In this document: positions 16,982 to 27,691 of the stretch, piece after piece
Layout: the number at the start of each line of letters is the position of its first letter
Position numbering within the stretch: the first letter of the stretch is position 1
Assembly (NCBI GenBank): GCA_019058315.1
Contig: JAHPZH010000005.1
Span: forward strand, 96,001-160,000
Length of the DNA stretch: 64,000 bases
Reading direction: 5' to 3'
Origin: Candidatus Helarchaeota archaeon
GTDB taxonomy: Archaea > Asgardarchaeota > Lokiarchaeia > Helarchaeales > RDOG01
Program-made: the position numbers and the translations under genes
The notes under the pieces: generated by a model
Told to the model about the DNA's origin: nothing
The model's database searches: none
What the model saw: only the letters and a program-made list of their open reading frames with translations

Positions 16982-18244
16982 TTATTCTTTAAGTTCTCTG
17001 TATAACTCTCTTTGGCATAAAAATCTTAAAATATCTGTTGTTCCTGCTGATATTTGACCAATTTTTGCATCTCTAAAAAAACGTTCTACTGGAAAATCTT
17101 TAGTGTATCCAACTCCACCACAGATTTGAACTGCATCCAGACAAATCTCCATCTGATAATCCGCACACATAAACTTTGCAGCAGCAACTTCTTTAGTCGC
17201 CTTTAATCCAGCATCTAGCATTCTTGCAGCTCTTAACATCATCAATCGTCCAGCTTCTAGTTTTGCGTACATATTAGAGATTCTAAAACTTATCCCCTCA
17301 AATTCCCGTAAAAATTGACCGAATTGTCTCCGTTTATTTGCATATTTAAACGCAACTTCAAATGCAGACCTTGCAATGCCAAGATATTGTGAGCATGTAA
17401 AGCATCGTTCACCATCCAGCCCCGACATCATAATACTAATCCCTTTATTCTCCATATCAGGTCCACCAACGAGGTTCTCCTCCGAGACTTCACAATTATT
17501 AAATTTTAAATGTGAGTTGATAGAACCTTTTCGTCCACATAGTTCATAATCTCTTACTCTTTTAAAACCTGGAGTATCGGTAGGAAAGATAAATGCACTA
17601 ATTCCTTGATGTTTTCTTGGCGCATCGGGATTTGTTAATGCGTATAATAATAAATAATCGGCTTTGCTACCATTTGTAATGTATCTTTTTTCTCCATTTA
17701 TAATATATTTATCTCCTTTTTTAATGGCTGTAGTCCTCATACCACCAACTGCGTCTGACCCAGCAGTAGGCTCTGTTATAGCAATTGCTCCTAATTTCTC
17801 ACCTTTTATACCAACGGGAATTAAATATTTCTTTTTCTGCTCTTCAGTTCCAAAATGGATGATAGGTGCACAAAACAAATTAGCACTTGCACCATACGTC
17901 ACGACAACTGCAGAATTTATAGCAGCTAATTCTTCTCCAGATATTACTCTGTATACAAATCCCTTACCACCCCCCCCAATAGAAGTGGGAAATGCGAGAG
18001 ATAATAACCCGTCTTTAGCCATTTTTTTATAGATATCAACACAGATATCAAATGCTTTATCAAGATCTACATTACCTATCCTTTCTATTTCAGCATCGAC
18101 TGGAAGAATGTTTTTTTTTGCCCATTGTCTCATTTTGAGTCTAAATTCGTTTTCCTCATCACTATATAAGAATAAGCTTCCAGGATTATTAATGGATTCA
18201 CCATATTCTACATTAAGATCTTCAAAATTGACTTTTCCTTCCAA
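16982..18244 (-). CDS. Acyl-CoA dehydrogenase
   Basis: AITEPTAGSD, NGEKRYITNG, RRQFG, QICGGVGY, RDAKI. Confidence 0.95.
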   Translation of the reverse strand: MEGKVNFEDLNVEYGESINNPGSLFLYSDEENEFRLKMRQWAKKNILPVDAEIERIGNVDLDKAFDICVDIYKKMAKDGLLSLAFPTSIGGGGKGFVYRVISGEELAAINSAVVVTYGASANLFCAPIIHFGTEEQKKKYLIPVGIKGEKLGAIAITEPTAGSDAVGGMRTTAIKKGDKYIINGEKRYITNGSKADYLLLYALTNPDAPRKHQGISAFIFPTDTPGFKRVRDYELCGRKGSINSHLKFNNCEVSEENLVGGPDMENKGISIMMSGLDGERCFTCSQYLGIARSAFEVAFKYANKRRQFGQFLREFEGISFRISNMYAKLEAGRLMMLRAARMLDAGLKATKEVAAAKFMCADYQMEICLDAVQICGGVGYTKDFPVERFFRDAKIGQISAGTTDILRFLCQRELYRELKE

Positions 18245-18316
18245 ATTAACTCACCATTAGTTATAATTACAATCTATTTGTGATTCAATTTTCTTTTTTT
18301 TAAGGTTTGGGTTTTC

Positions 18317-19687
18317 TTATTGTTCTTCAAGTTTAGTGGTAATCAAACCAGATATAAACAATAAAACACCGAGTATAGGTCCTAAAAAGTAAAATGCGCC
18401 TTTAGCCCCTAAAGAGTAAGTAAATACTGCCATAAACATGTTTCCCGTTGCTCCTGATATACTAATAAATGTGGCATTGAATCCCATACAAGTTGCTTCT
18501 TGATCTTTTTTCACAATCCCCATTAATATACTAAAAGGTAAAATTAGAATTCCTGATAATCCCACAGCCAAAAACAAAAACCAAATAACACCTTGAATTT
18601 GGATAGAAATGATGGCAGAAGATGGTAATTCAATAACGAATTTAAAAAGACCAGGAAATTCTACAAAAATGATTGAACTTGGAGTTAGGGTAAAAATTAG
18701 TGTGAATGGAAAAACTGCGGCTAAGAAGAACAAACAAAAGAGAATACTTCTTTTTTTTCCCCAAACATCACCTTTTACGTTCCAAATATAAATAAATCCA
18801 CCTAAAATTAATAAGAGCAAAATTCCCATAAGTCCAAATTCTAATTCATTTTTTATTTCAAATACACTAACCGCAAATGCTGTTAGGGAAGATAACATAA
18901 TGAGAAAGCCGAAATTCCATACGAATTGGGCAATTTGAAAGAGTAAAAATTGTCTATCTTTTAAAATTTCGGTATAAGATCCTTTTTTGGGGTTCTCATT
19001 TACTTTTAGAAAAGGTCTTTCTGGTTCTTTAATTTTTAAAAAAGTTATAATAGAACTACAAAGGAGAATAAGTGAGAGTACTCCGCATACAAAAATATAT
19101 GAATCTATAATAACTAATAGAAATGCGGGTAGAATGATCATAATTCCTGTTCCTATACCACCGATTATATTCCAAAAACTTGACATCTCTATTCTTTGGT
19201 CTTCAGGGGTTATTTCCGGCATCAGAGCGACGTATGGGATGTTCATGCCATTAAATATAATGGAATAGACTATATAAATGGCAATTATATAAATAAAGAT
19301 TGCCCCAGGTTGTGTCTGGAGATCTTGACGAAAAAATGGAACAGAAATCAACCAAAATAGAAATGCCGAAATTGGTGAAAATATGATTATCCAAGGTCTC
19401 CTTCTCCCATATTTTGATTTAGTTTTATCTGATAAATGACCAAAGATAGGAGCAAAGATTATTCCGATTATACTCCCCATACTTAGTAAGAAATATCTAA
19501 AAAAATCTTGATTTAAAGTAAAATGCAATTCATCTTGAAGGAAGAAATATAAATAACTCGTGGGAAAACTTGTTATCAGGAAAATTCCTAAGTTCATAAT
19601 CGAATAATATATCATTTCTTTCGTTTCCATTCTTGCACCACGAAAATTTATATTACTAAAGAATAGACTTTTTGACAATTTTTTCAT
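18317..19687 (-). CDS. MFS transporter (GPH/MFS_2-like)
   Basis: GHLSDKTKSKYGRRRPW, PYVALMPEI; about 12 TM; real start may be METKEM. Confidence 0.9.
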   Translation of the reverse strand: MKKLSKSLFFSNINFRGARMETKEMIYYSIMNLGIFLITSFPTSYLYFFLQDELHFTLNQDFFRYFLLSMGSIIGIIFAPIFGHLSDKTKSKYGRRRPWIIIFSPISAFLFWLISVPFFRQDLQTQPGAIFIYIIAIYIVYSIIFNGMNIPYVALMPEITPEDQRIEMSSFWNIIGGIGTGIMIILPAFLLVIIDSYIFVCGVLSLILLCSSIITFLKIKEPERPFLKVNENPKKGSYTEILKDRQFLLFQIAQFVWNFGFLIMLSSLTAFAVSVFEIKNELEFGLMGILLLLILGGFIYIWNVKGDVWGKKRSILFCLFFLAAVFPFTLIFTLTPSSIIFVEFPGLFKFVIELPSSAIISIQIQGVIWFLFLAVGLSGILILPFSILMGIVKKDQEATCMGFNATFISISGATGNMFMAVFTYSLGAKGAFYFLGPILGVLLFISGLITTKLEEQ

Positions 19688-19758
19688 TGTCTAATAAAAT
19701 TTGTTCTATTTAAACAATCAAAAAACCTTTAAGTTAGTTTAAAGAGAATAAATTAAAA

Positions 19759-21087
19759 TTGAAATTGGTGAAGATTATGGGATTAGATTATAAAAAAACA
19801 TTCTATATAGGACTTGGATTCTTCACAACAGGAATTACATGGAGTTTATTTAATGCATATGTTCCAATTTTTCTCTCATATTTTGGGATTCCCTTTACAC
19901 TGATTGGTTTTATTATGACACTTGATAATATTAGTGCAATAACCCTCCAACCAGTTATCGGGGCTCAAAGTGATAAAACTTGGTCAGATAGATTTGGAAG
20001 GAGGATACCTTATATTCTTATTGGTATACCATTAGCGGCTTTCTTTTTTACATTAATTCCAATATTTACGCCCTCAAATATAATCAGTTTCGAAAATTTG
20101 AGGAAAATATTCGGTTTTGGACCTGAAGATATTATTTTAGACAGAACTCTCATCGGTTTTGCATTTTTCACAACTTGGGTTATCTGTTTCAATATAGCAA
20201 TGTCATTATATCGAGCCCCTACAGTTGCTCTTATGCCAGACCTTGTTGAAAATGAATATAGAAGTCGAGCTAATGGAATTATTAATCTTATGGGCGGAAT
20301 CGGATCGGTATTTGCATTTGCTGTAGGTTCAATCCTCTATGATATGAATTGGATACTTCCATTTTTAGTTACATCTGGTTTGATGATTGTAGCTTTGATT
20401 ATTTTAGTCTTAAAAATAAAAGAACCGAAAGTTCCTATGGGTACTGTGAATGAAGAGGAAAAAGTTAATATTATAGAAGGTTTTAGGGAAGTCTTTAGTA
20501 GTCGAGATGATAAGAGTATTCTTTTTATATTATTAGCAATCTTTTTCTGGTTTTTCGGATATAATGCAGTTGAAACATGGTTCACGACTTATGGAAAACA
20601 AGTTTTAGACATCTCAGAATCCAGTGCGGCATTTTCATTGAATCTAATTGCCATACCATTTATATTAATGGCAATACCTGCTGGAATTGTGGCAGAACGA
20701 ATCTCAAGGAAGAAAACAATAATGATCGGTTTAGTGATGATTATTGCTTGTATAAGTCTGGTATCATTATTAAGCCTGATAATGAATCCTCAAAATATAT
20801 TATTAATAATTTTGATAAGTTTTCCTATAGTTGGGGTTGGTTGGTCACTTGTAAATATAAATTCTATTACTATGATCTGGGAAATTGGAAAAGGTGAGAA
20901 ACAGGGAGCTTATACTGGTATTTATTATTTCTTTAGTCAAGCAGCAGCAATATTAGGCCCTCCATCAATAGGACTATTTTTTGATATTTTTGGTACACCT
21001 CTGCCATTATTTCCACTTTCAACAATATTCTTTGTATTAGCGTTTATATCAATGATTTTTGTAAAGAGTGGAGAATATCAGAAATAA
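19759..21087 (+). CDS. MFS transporter (SLC45/maltose-permease-like)
   Basis: SDKTWSDRFGRRIPY, ALMPDL, RSRANG, GAYTGIYY. Confidence 0.9.
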   Translation: MKLVKIMGLDYKKTFYIGLGFFTTGITWSLFNAYVPIFLSYFGIPFTLIGFIMTLDNISAITLQPVIGAQSDKTWSDRFGRRIPYILIGIPLAAFFFTLIPIFTPSNIISFENLRKIFGFGPEDIILDRTLIGFAFFTTWVICFNIAMSLYRAPTVALMPDLVENEYRSRANGIINLMGGIGSVFAFAVGSILYDMNWILPFLVTSGLMIVALIILVLKIKEPKVPMGTVNEEEKVNIIEGFREVFSSRDDKSILFILLAIFFWFFGYNAVETWFTTYGKQVLDISESSAAFSLNLIAIPFILMAIPAGIVAERISRKKTIMIGLVMIIACISLVSLLSLIMNPQNILLIILISFPIVGVGWSLVNINSITMIWEIGKGEKQGAYTGIYYFFSQAAAILGPPSIGLFFDIFGTPLPLFPLSTIFFVLAFISMIFVKSGEYQK

Positions 21088-21205
21088 TAATTTTTTTTTC
21101 TCTTTTTTATTTAAAACTTATTTATTAACTCTTTTTCATATGGAAAAAATTTTATAATCAATCATTTAATTAAGAATCTATAATTTACTAAAATGGAGTT
21201 ATCAA

Positions 21206-22534
21206 TTGGAATTTAGTTATAAAAAAGCCATAATATTAGGATTAGGGCTTTTTACTACCGGAATAACTTGGAATTTATTTGTTTCATACGTACCTATTTT
21301 CCTAAGTTATTATGGTATTGCTTTTTCAATTATAGGTTTGATAATGACATTTGATAATTTCACCGCAATATCAATCCAACCGTATATTGGCACAAGATCT
21401 GATAAAACTTGGTCTCATAGATTTGGAAGAAGAATGCCTTATATTCTTATAGGAATTCCGATTGCTGCATTTTTCTTTGCTTTAATCCCCCTATTCATAC
21501 CTAAAGATTTGATTAATTTTGGAAATTATTCTATTTCACTTAATCCAGATATAGTTAGCTTTGGATTTTTAATTACTTGGATAATTTGTTTTGATATCGC
21601 TATGGCAATTTATCGCTCACCTGTGACAGCTCTAATACCAGATCTAATTGATAACGAACATCGAAGTAAAGCAAATGGAGTTGTGCAGCTGATGGGAGGG
21701 ATCGGGGCTATCTTTGCCTATACAATTGGGGCAATATTATATAGTATTCACTCTGAAATTCCCTTTTTAGTGACCTCTATCGTAATGATTATAGCATTAT
21801 GTGTTTTGGTAATAAAAATTAAAGAACCTGAAGTTTCAATAGTTAAAAGTGACAACAAGTCTGAAATTAACTTAATTAATGGATTTAAAGAAGTATTTAG
21901 TAAAGAAAATCGGAGTTTATTATATATTCTCTTAGCAACTTTTTGTTGGTATTTTGGTTATCAGGCTATAGCAACTTGGTTCACGACTTATGGAGTAAGA
22001 GTCCTCTTAATTGGTGAAGCAGTGGCTTCTAGTTATTTAACTTTAATAGTCTTTCCATTTATACTCTCCACACTACCAAGTGGAATTCTAGGTGAGAAAA
22101 TTTCCAGAAGGAAAACGATATTTATTGGATTATTATTGATAATATCTTGTTTTTTGATTATTTCCATTTATAGTATAATCTTTATTATTCCTATTGACCC
22201 AATTTTGATACCTTTATTTAGATTTAACCCACCAAATACTCTAATTTTACTGATTCTTATTTCTTTTCCCATTATAGGAGTTGGATGGGGTTTTATAGAA
22301 ATAAATGCTATTACTATTGTTTGGAACATGGCAGGAAAGGAAAAACAAGGTACATATACCGGAATATATTATTTTTTTAGTCAGGCCGCAGCAATAGTAG
22401 GACCCCCACTTATTGGATTAACATTCGATTTAACGAAAACTCAACTTCCTTTATTTCCAATTTCCTTGATATTTTTTATATTAGCCTTGATGTCAATGTT
22501 TTTCGTAAAAAATGACGAATACACACAAAAATAG
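21206..22534 (+). CDS. MFS transporter, tandem paralog of 19759-21087
   Basis: SDKTWSHRFGRRMPY, ALIPDL, GTYTGIYYFFSQAAAI; same length (442 aa) as neighbour. Confidence 0.9.
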   Translation: MEFSYKKAIILGLGLFTTGITWNLFVSYVPIFLSYYGIAFSIIGLIMTFDNFTAISIQPYIGTRSDKTWSHRFGRRMPYILIGIPIAAFFFALIPLFIPKDLINFGNYSISLNPDIVSFGFLITWIICFDIAMAIYRSPVTALIPDLIDNEHRSKANGVVQLMGGIGAIFAYTIGAILYSIHSEIPFLVTSIVMIIALCVLVIKIKEPEVSIVKSDNKSEINLINGFKEVFSKENRSLLYILLATFCWYFGYQAIATWFTTYGVRVLLIGEAVASSYLTLIVFPFILSTLPSGILGEKISRRKTIFIGLLLIISCFLIISIYSIIFIIPIDPILIPLFRFNPPNTLILLILISFPIIGVGWGFIEINAITIVWNMAGKEKQGTYTGIYYFFSQAAAIVGPPLIGLTFDLTKTQLPLFPISLIFFILALMSMFFVKNDEYTQK

Positions 22535-23036
22535 ACTTTTAATCTGACTTATTATCCATTTCTTTTTTTAAAAAATACAAAATAAAAAATTTAAAGCATA
22601 ATATTTACTTTTTATACAATTGTAATAAAATGGACATAATTATACAAAAAGGTACTAAATATACCAATAATACATAAATTTGTAACAAGATATACTAACT
22701 ACAACTAAATAGTAATATGTTTGATTAATTAGATTTAAAAATTATCCCTCTTTTTTTTATGTAGAGATTGATTATTGCTTAAAAAATTTACCAAATCATA
22801 TTTGGAAAATAAAAAAATAATTAATTAAAGGTGTGAAGTTATGATTTCAATCGAAAATCTATCATATTCAATTAGTTTAGTCCCATCAGAAGATAAAGCA
22901 GAAAGTATCATTTTAGCATTTATTCAATTAGTTTTTAGGCAAAATTTAAAACGCTAAAGAACTATTTCAGCAAATAAATAGTTCTTCTTATGAGAGAGAG
23001 GATCATAAATAAAAGATTTTATAAAAAATATTATAA

Positions 23037-24419
23037 TTATGGTTCCATTTTGTACCATTCTTCTATTTTTTTCATTAGGGAGGTAGAATGATCGATTAAT
23101 TCCCCATCGGCATCCTTAAGTATCATATTAAACATTTTTTGATTTAATTCAGAATTTTCTTTGGCAATATTCGTGTTTTGTTCTGGATCCTTTTTTAAAT
23201 CGAATAAATATTCATTCTTTCGTTTATAATCTGTAATATATGCATAATTCTCATCACGAACCCAAACATAGCTATTAAAACCACATGTTACAAATTTTCG
23301 ATCTTCAATATAGTCATTGTCAAGTAATTTCCAGAGATTTATTCCATCAATAGGATTTGGAGGAGTGGCATCTAACACATCTAATATTGTTGGAAAAACA
23401 TCAAAATTGTAAACAAAGCTTTTAATATGCTTTCCCTTTCCTAATCCTTTCGGATGTCGTATAAAGAAGGGTATGTCAATTAATTCTGGATATAGACCCC
23501 ATGGAATTTTTCCTGTCATATTATGTTCACCAAGTTGATGACCATGATCGGATATACAAAAGATAAATGTATCATCTAATAGTCCTAAATCAATAACTTT
23601 ATCCATTAATTTTCCTATCCAAGTATCCACCATTGTAACTTCACCAGCATAACACGCTCTCATATATTTAAGTTCGTCGGGAGTAAGATAATCTATATTA
23701 GTGAGATAGTTTGGAGTAATAATTTCTTGACCATCATAATTGGGAAAATACATGTCTCGATAGTGCTGAGGTGGATCCCAAGGTTCATGTGGATCAAAAG
23801 AGTCAATACATAGGAAAAATTTCTTTGATCCCTTAGTTTCTTCTAACCAATTTATTGCTTTAGAAAATACTTGAGGAGCAAAATAATCCTCTTCTTTATT
23901 ACGATTTGCAACGTTTTTTAAATATTGATCTAGAACTAAAGCCATATGGGCGGAAATACCACTTTTAGGAAAATATTTTTTCATATCTTTCCCACGAATT
24001 TTTGGAGTAGATTTATACAGGTCTCCTTCTTGTCCTCTAATCCAATAAAATTTAAATCCGCGATGAAAATTCATTGATGGTTTGAACTGATGATAAGTAT
24101 CTGTAATGAAGACATTCCTATATCTACGTTTGAGAAGTATTTCAGCAAGAGTAACTTGCTTTTCAGGGATAGGTTCCCAACCCATTGCGCGTACCATATC
24201 GCCTTTGCGAGGATTATATGTTTTAAAAGGAAAACAGCGAATTCCTGTATGTATAGCTCGTCTAACCGGAATAGTAGGCAAGGATTCTGGGTACGCATTA
24301 TCGAAAATTATACTATCCTTTGCGAGACGATCCATATTTGGAGTTTTAATCCATTTATTGCCATAAATCCCGACATGATCTTTTCGCAAAGTATCTAAAA
24401 TAATAAGAATTACATTCAA
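23037..24419 (-). CDS. Sulfatase / alkaline-phosphatase-superfamily hydrolase
   Basis: NVILIILDTLRKD, PTIPVRRAIHTG, FDPHEPWDPP, SDHG, LFDLKKDP.Q. Confidence 0.9.
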   Translation of the reverse strand: MNVILIILDTLRKDHVGIYGNKWIKTPNMDRLAKDSIIFDNAYPESLPTIPVRRAIHTGIRCFPFKTYNPRKGDMVRAMGWEPIPEKQVTLAEILLKRRYRNVFITDTYHQFKPSMNFHRGFKFYWIRGQEGDLYKSTPKIRGKDMKKYFPKSGISAHMALVLDQYLKNVANRNKEEDYFAPQVFSKAINWLEETKGSKKFFLCIDSFDPHEPWDPPQHYRDMYFPNYDGQEIITPNYLTNIDYLTPDELKYMRACYAGEVTMVDTWIGKLMDKVIDLGLLDDTFIFCISDHGHQLGEHNMTGKIPWGLYPELIDIPFFIRHPKGLGKGKHIKSFVYNFDVFPTILDVLDATPPNPIDGINLWKLLDNDYIEDRKFVTCGFNSYVWVRDENYAYITDYKRKNEYLFDLKKDPEQNTNIAKENSELNQKMFNMILKDADGELIDHSTSLMKKIEEWYKMEP

Positions 24420-24539
24420 TTGATAACTTCCGTATAAATTTTTTCAATACTAAATCATTTTATATGATGAATAAATAAATTATTTATTGGAATTATATAA
24501 TTTAAAGCTCTAATTCAAAAATGTAAGGAAAAAATTGGG

Positions 24540-24923
24540 ATGAATCTAAAAGAATCGTCATTTCTTATTTATGGCATAATATTATGTGTATTTGGAATAT
24601 CACTCTTAATATACGGATATGGAATTTACAAAAAAGAAGCATTAAGATTTAATATTTTAACTTTTTTAATATTTATGGAAATCGCTCCCGAATTTAAATT
24701 AGACTTTTCTTTACTTCCATATTATTTCGCATTTTCTTATTATCCCATAGAAATATTTTTTAATATTTACATATTATTACTGGAGTTTATTCAAAATACT
24801 TTACAGCCTTACATAATATCTGTATTTTATCCAATTGTAGGTGTAGTTTTCATAACTATTGGATCGATATTCATAACTCTAGGAATTATATATTTTCGAC
24901 AACAATATTCCAATATTCAATAG
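24540..24923 (+). CDS. Small hypothetical membrane protein
   Basis: 127-aa ORF with several hydrophobic segments filling an intergenic gap. Confidence 0.6.
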   Translation: MNLKESSFLIYGIILCVFGISLLIYGYGIYKKEALRFNILTFLIFMEIAPEFKLDFSLLPYYFAFSYYPIEIFFNIYILLLEFIQNTLQPYIISVFYPIVGVVFITIGSIFITLGIIYFRQQYSNIQ

Positions 24924-24954
24924 CTTGGGAAGAAGAATTAGAATTTAGATTTAA

Positions 24955-25398
24955 TTAATTGAGATTTTCTAAAAAATCTTTAATTTTTTTTACCATAACT
25001 TTGGCATCATCTTCATTTTTCGGATACTTTATCCTAATTATTGGGATATCTTTTATAGAAACTAAATATTTTATTAAATTAGCGGCACGTGTACAGCCTA
25101 AACAACCAATACTCCAGTCATCGTCGGTTTCCTCAATAATAATCGCAGCTTCAGCTTCTTTAACTAGAGGACCGATAAGCCCCATTCTTCCCCTTATACC
25201 GCTGGGCGCTTCTACTGGGACGAAGTCAAGTCCTTTTTTTAAATCATCTTCTGTTATATTAAAAGGAGGACTATCTATATCAGGACTTAATATTCGTTGA
25301 CGAATTTGTGTTTGAAGCATTAATGGTTGATGCCCAAAACGTTCAACTAGGTCACCTAGAATAAGACTATTTGGGGGATAAATGAATATTTTTTTCAA
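24955..25398 (-). CDS. mmp5: Methanogenesis marker protein 5
   Basis: KIFIYPPNSLILGDLVERFGH, DSPPFNIT.DD.KKGL, EAPSGIRGRM, GCLGCTR are the recognisable family signature; synteny with mmp3/mmp6. Confidence 0.9.
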   Translation of the reverse strand: MKKIFIYPPNSLILGDLVERFGHQPLMLQTQIRQRILSPDIDSPPFNITEDDLKKGLDFVPVEAPSGIRGRMGLIGPLVKEAEAAIIIEETDDDWSIGCLGCTRAANLIKYLVSIKDIPIIRIKYPKNEDDAKVMVKKIKDFLENLN

Positions 25399-25413
25399 TT
25401 TTTATTCTCTTAT

Positions 25414-25884
25414 CTATTTTTTTGGGATAATTTCCTCAATTATGTTCTTAATTTTTTCTGAATTAAGAGGAATTTCTTTTTTAGGCTCTTCAATTTCAAT
25501 TTTTTCCTTATTATCGATCGAATTTAGAGCTTCGCTTATATATGGAAGAAGTGAATGCTCAAATTCTAAAAAATGAAATCCGTATCTTGGTCCTCCACCC
25601 GATGTAGCTCTACAAATTCGGGGATCACCTGGTGGAAAGCCTCTCATTCTGGTAAATATATTATTTTTATCTAAAGAGCGAATTTGATTTGTGATTTTTG
25701 AAATAATAGTTTTTTTTCCTTCAACTATAATACCAAAGCAGGTTTCTTTGATTTTTATTGGTAATCTTAAGTTTATAACGAAGCTTAACAGTTCAGCAGG
25801 AGTTAAGCGGGAATAAGGACTTAATATATAGATCCTAGCTTCGAAATCTTCGTTATCTTGACCCATTTTCAAATTATCCTTCAT
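25414..25884 (-). CDS. mmp6: Methanogenesis marker protein 6
   Basis: IKETCFG, IFTRMRGFPPGDPRICRATSGGGPRYGFHFLEFE. Confidence 0.9.
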   Translation of the reverse strand: MKDNLKMGQDNEDFEARIYILSPYSRLTPAELLSFVINLRLPIKIKETCFGIIVEGKKTIISKITNQIRSLDKNNIFTRMRGFPPGDPRICRATSGGGPRYGFHFLEFEHSLLPYISEALNSIDNKEKIEIEEPKKEIPLNSEKIKNIIEEIIPKK

Positions 25885-25982
25885 TTTTCTATATCATTTC
25901 AAACAAAATTTGTATATTTCAAAATTTTTTCTAATAAACAAATATTAAATTTCATTATAAATTTCATCAATATTCGAATTAT

Positions 25983-27539
25983 TTACTTAAGTTCCATAAT
26001 CCAGATAATATCTCCAATATCAAGTTTTTTCAAAAAATCTAATCCTTCTTCAACATTTCCAATATAATTTGTTGCCTCTAAAACTTCTCCAGTAGCACCA
26101 TACTGAGTGCTTTCATCTAATCGAATACCTATTAACCCAGTTAATCGCCTCATTGCGTTAGTTAAACCTATATCACCCGGTCTATAAATTTCTGGTGAAT
26201 ATTCTCGTGGAACAGTTCGAATAGTTCTCTTTCGACTAAGTGGTGCTAATAAAACCATATTTTCGGTTACTTCCATTATTTGGAGTCGTCCAATTGGTGT
26301 GTGAATCATGTCTGCCGCTGTTCGAAAGTGCATGGTGCTTCTAGGAGAACTTTCATCATCAAGTTTAACTTTGATTAGTAAATCAGGATCGAGTCCTAAT
26401 GATTCTACGGATTTTTTTGTCCAGACGTCCATGGTATATTGAGGATTTTGTTCAATTATTATTGCATCATCCCCTTTGTATCCATTTCTTATTAATATAA
26501 TATTTCTTCGAGCAAGGTATTCTTCTGCTTCTCTATTTGTCATTTGAATAATCCGTAAATTATCCGGAATCGTTTTAATCAAAATTTTATCCTCTAATCC
26601 TGCATGTGTAATAATATCGATGCCCTTAGTGACCCTACCTATAACATTATGAGACGCTGTAAAGGATGTATCTTGTTTATAAAAGTATAATGCACCGACT
26701 TCATGACCGGAATTTCTAACCGTTATTGCTCCTTTCACTCTAAAAACAGTATGTTCTTTCTCAACTTTTATTCCAACAAGATCATTATTTTGCAAATACA
26801 TTGAGGTTGAGAAATCTACAGATAAAATATTGTTGCTATTTTTAATTATACTTAAAAAATGATCTGCGGATTGAGGTGCATTCTCAGATAGTACTACTTC
26901 AATATAAGAATTAATTTTCATATTCTTAGTTACTTTTTTTTCTATAATGTCTTCATAATATAAAATTGCAGAAAATTCTCTGCTTAATTTAGTTGGTCGA
27001 ATATCAATTATAGAATCTGTTCTTCCAAAGCTCGGAAGTAAGTATTCTCCTCGAATTACTGTTCCAAATATACCATTGCTTTTTGTCTCTGGAGCTCCAT
27101 ATGTTCCTTCATGGTTTAATTTACAAAAACATAAATGGGCATTTTCAGAATCAAAACCGCCAAAACTAAAAAATATGTCTCTTTTTTTATATTTAACTGG
27201 TGTTTTTAAAGCATTTAAATTGAATTCTCTTAAATCTATAGGTCCGAAGGTTAGAATTGGTCGGGCTAACCAGCCAACGCTTTGGTTTTTCAAATTTTTA
27301 TAAATTTTCATCCAAATTTGTTGAAATTCAATATCTGTTAAACGAATTTCTATTAGACCTTTGGTAGTTTCGATCTCGAATTCTTGAATTTCCTCCCTTT
27401 CTTCAATTTGTTCTTCTTCCCATGTAATCACAATAACACAACGTTTATCAAAGGGCATATTTGCTTCTTTTAATGCCTCAAATACCGTACTTCCCTCTTT
27501 TACTTGGAATTCAACTCCATTAATTTCTATAGGAATCAT
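25983..27539 (-). CDS. mmp3: Methanogenesis marker protein 3 (cyclophilin-like, UPF0288)
   Basis: IEINGV N-terminal beta-grasp-like segment, ETTKG, SFGGFD, APQSADHF, TVRNSG...YFYK, GLTNAMRRLTGLIGIRL...YGATGE..EATN; ATG at 27539 preferred over the ORF-track start at 27587. Confidence 0.88.
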   Translation of the reverse strand: MIPIEINGVEFQVKEGSTVFEALKEANMPFDKRCVIVITWEEEQIEEREEIQEFEIETTKGLIEIRLTDIEFQQIWMKIYKNLKNQSVGWLARPILTFGPIDLREFNLNALKTPVKYKKRDIFFSFGGFDSENAHLCFCKLNHEGTYGAPETKSNGIFGTVIRGEYLLPSFGRTDSIIDIRPTKLSREFSAILYYEDIIEKKVTKNMKINSYIEVVLSENAPQSADHFLSIIKNSNNILSVDFSTSMYLQNNDLVGIKVEKEHTVFRVKGAITVRNSGHEVGALYFYKQDTSFTASHNVIGRVTKGIDIITHAGLEDKILIKTIPDNLRIIQMTNREAEEYLARRNIILIRNGYKGDDAIIIEQNPQYTMDVWTKKSVESLGLDPDLLIKVKLDDESSPRSTMHFRTAADMIHTPIGRLQIMEVTENMVLLAPLSRKRTIRTVPREYSPEIYRPGDIGLTNAMRRLTGLIGIRLDESTQYGATGEVLEATNYIGNVEEGLDFLKKLDIGDIIWIMELK

Positions 27540-27691
27540 AAAACATTGCCAAAAAAAATTATATGGAATATATAAAAGCAAACACAAAACAATTTTTATA
27601 TTCTTCCAGCAATCGATGAAAAGTTAATATATAATTAATATTAAATTTATCTCAATATGTTTTATATAATATAATTCCAAAGGTTTTTATC

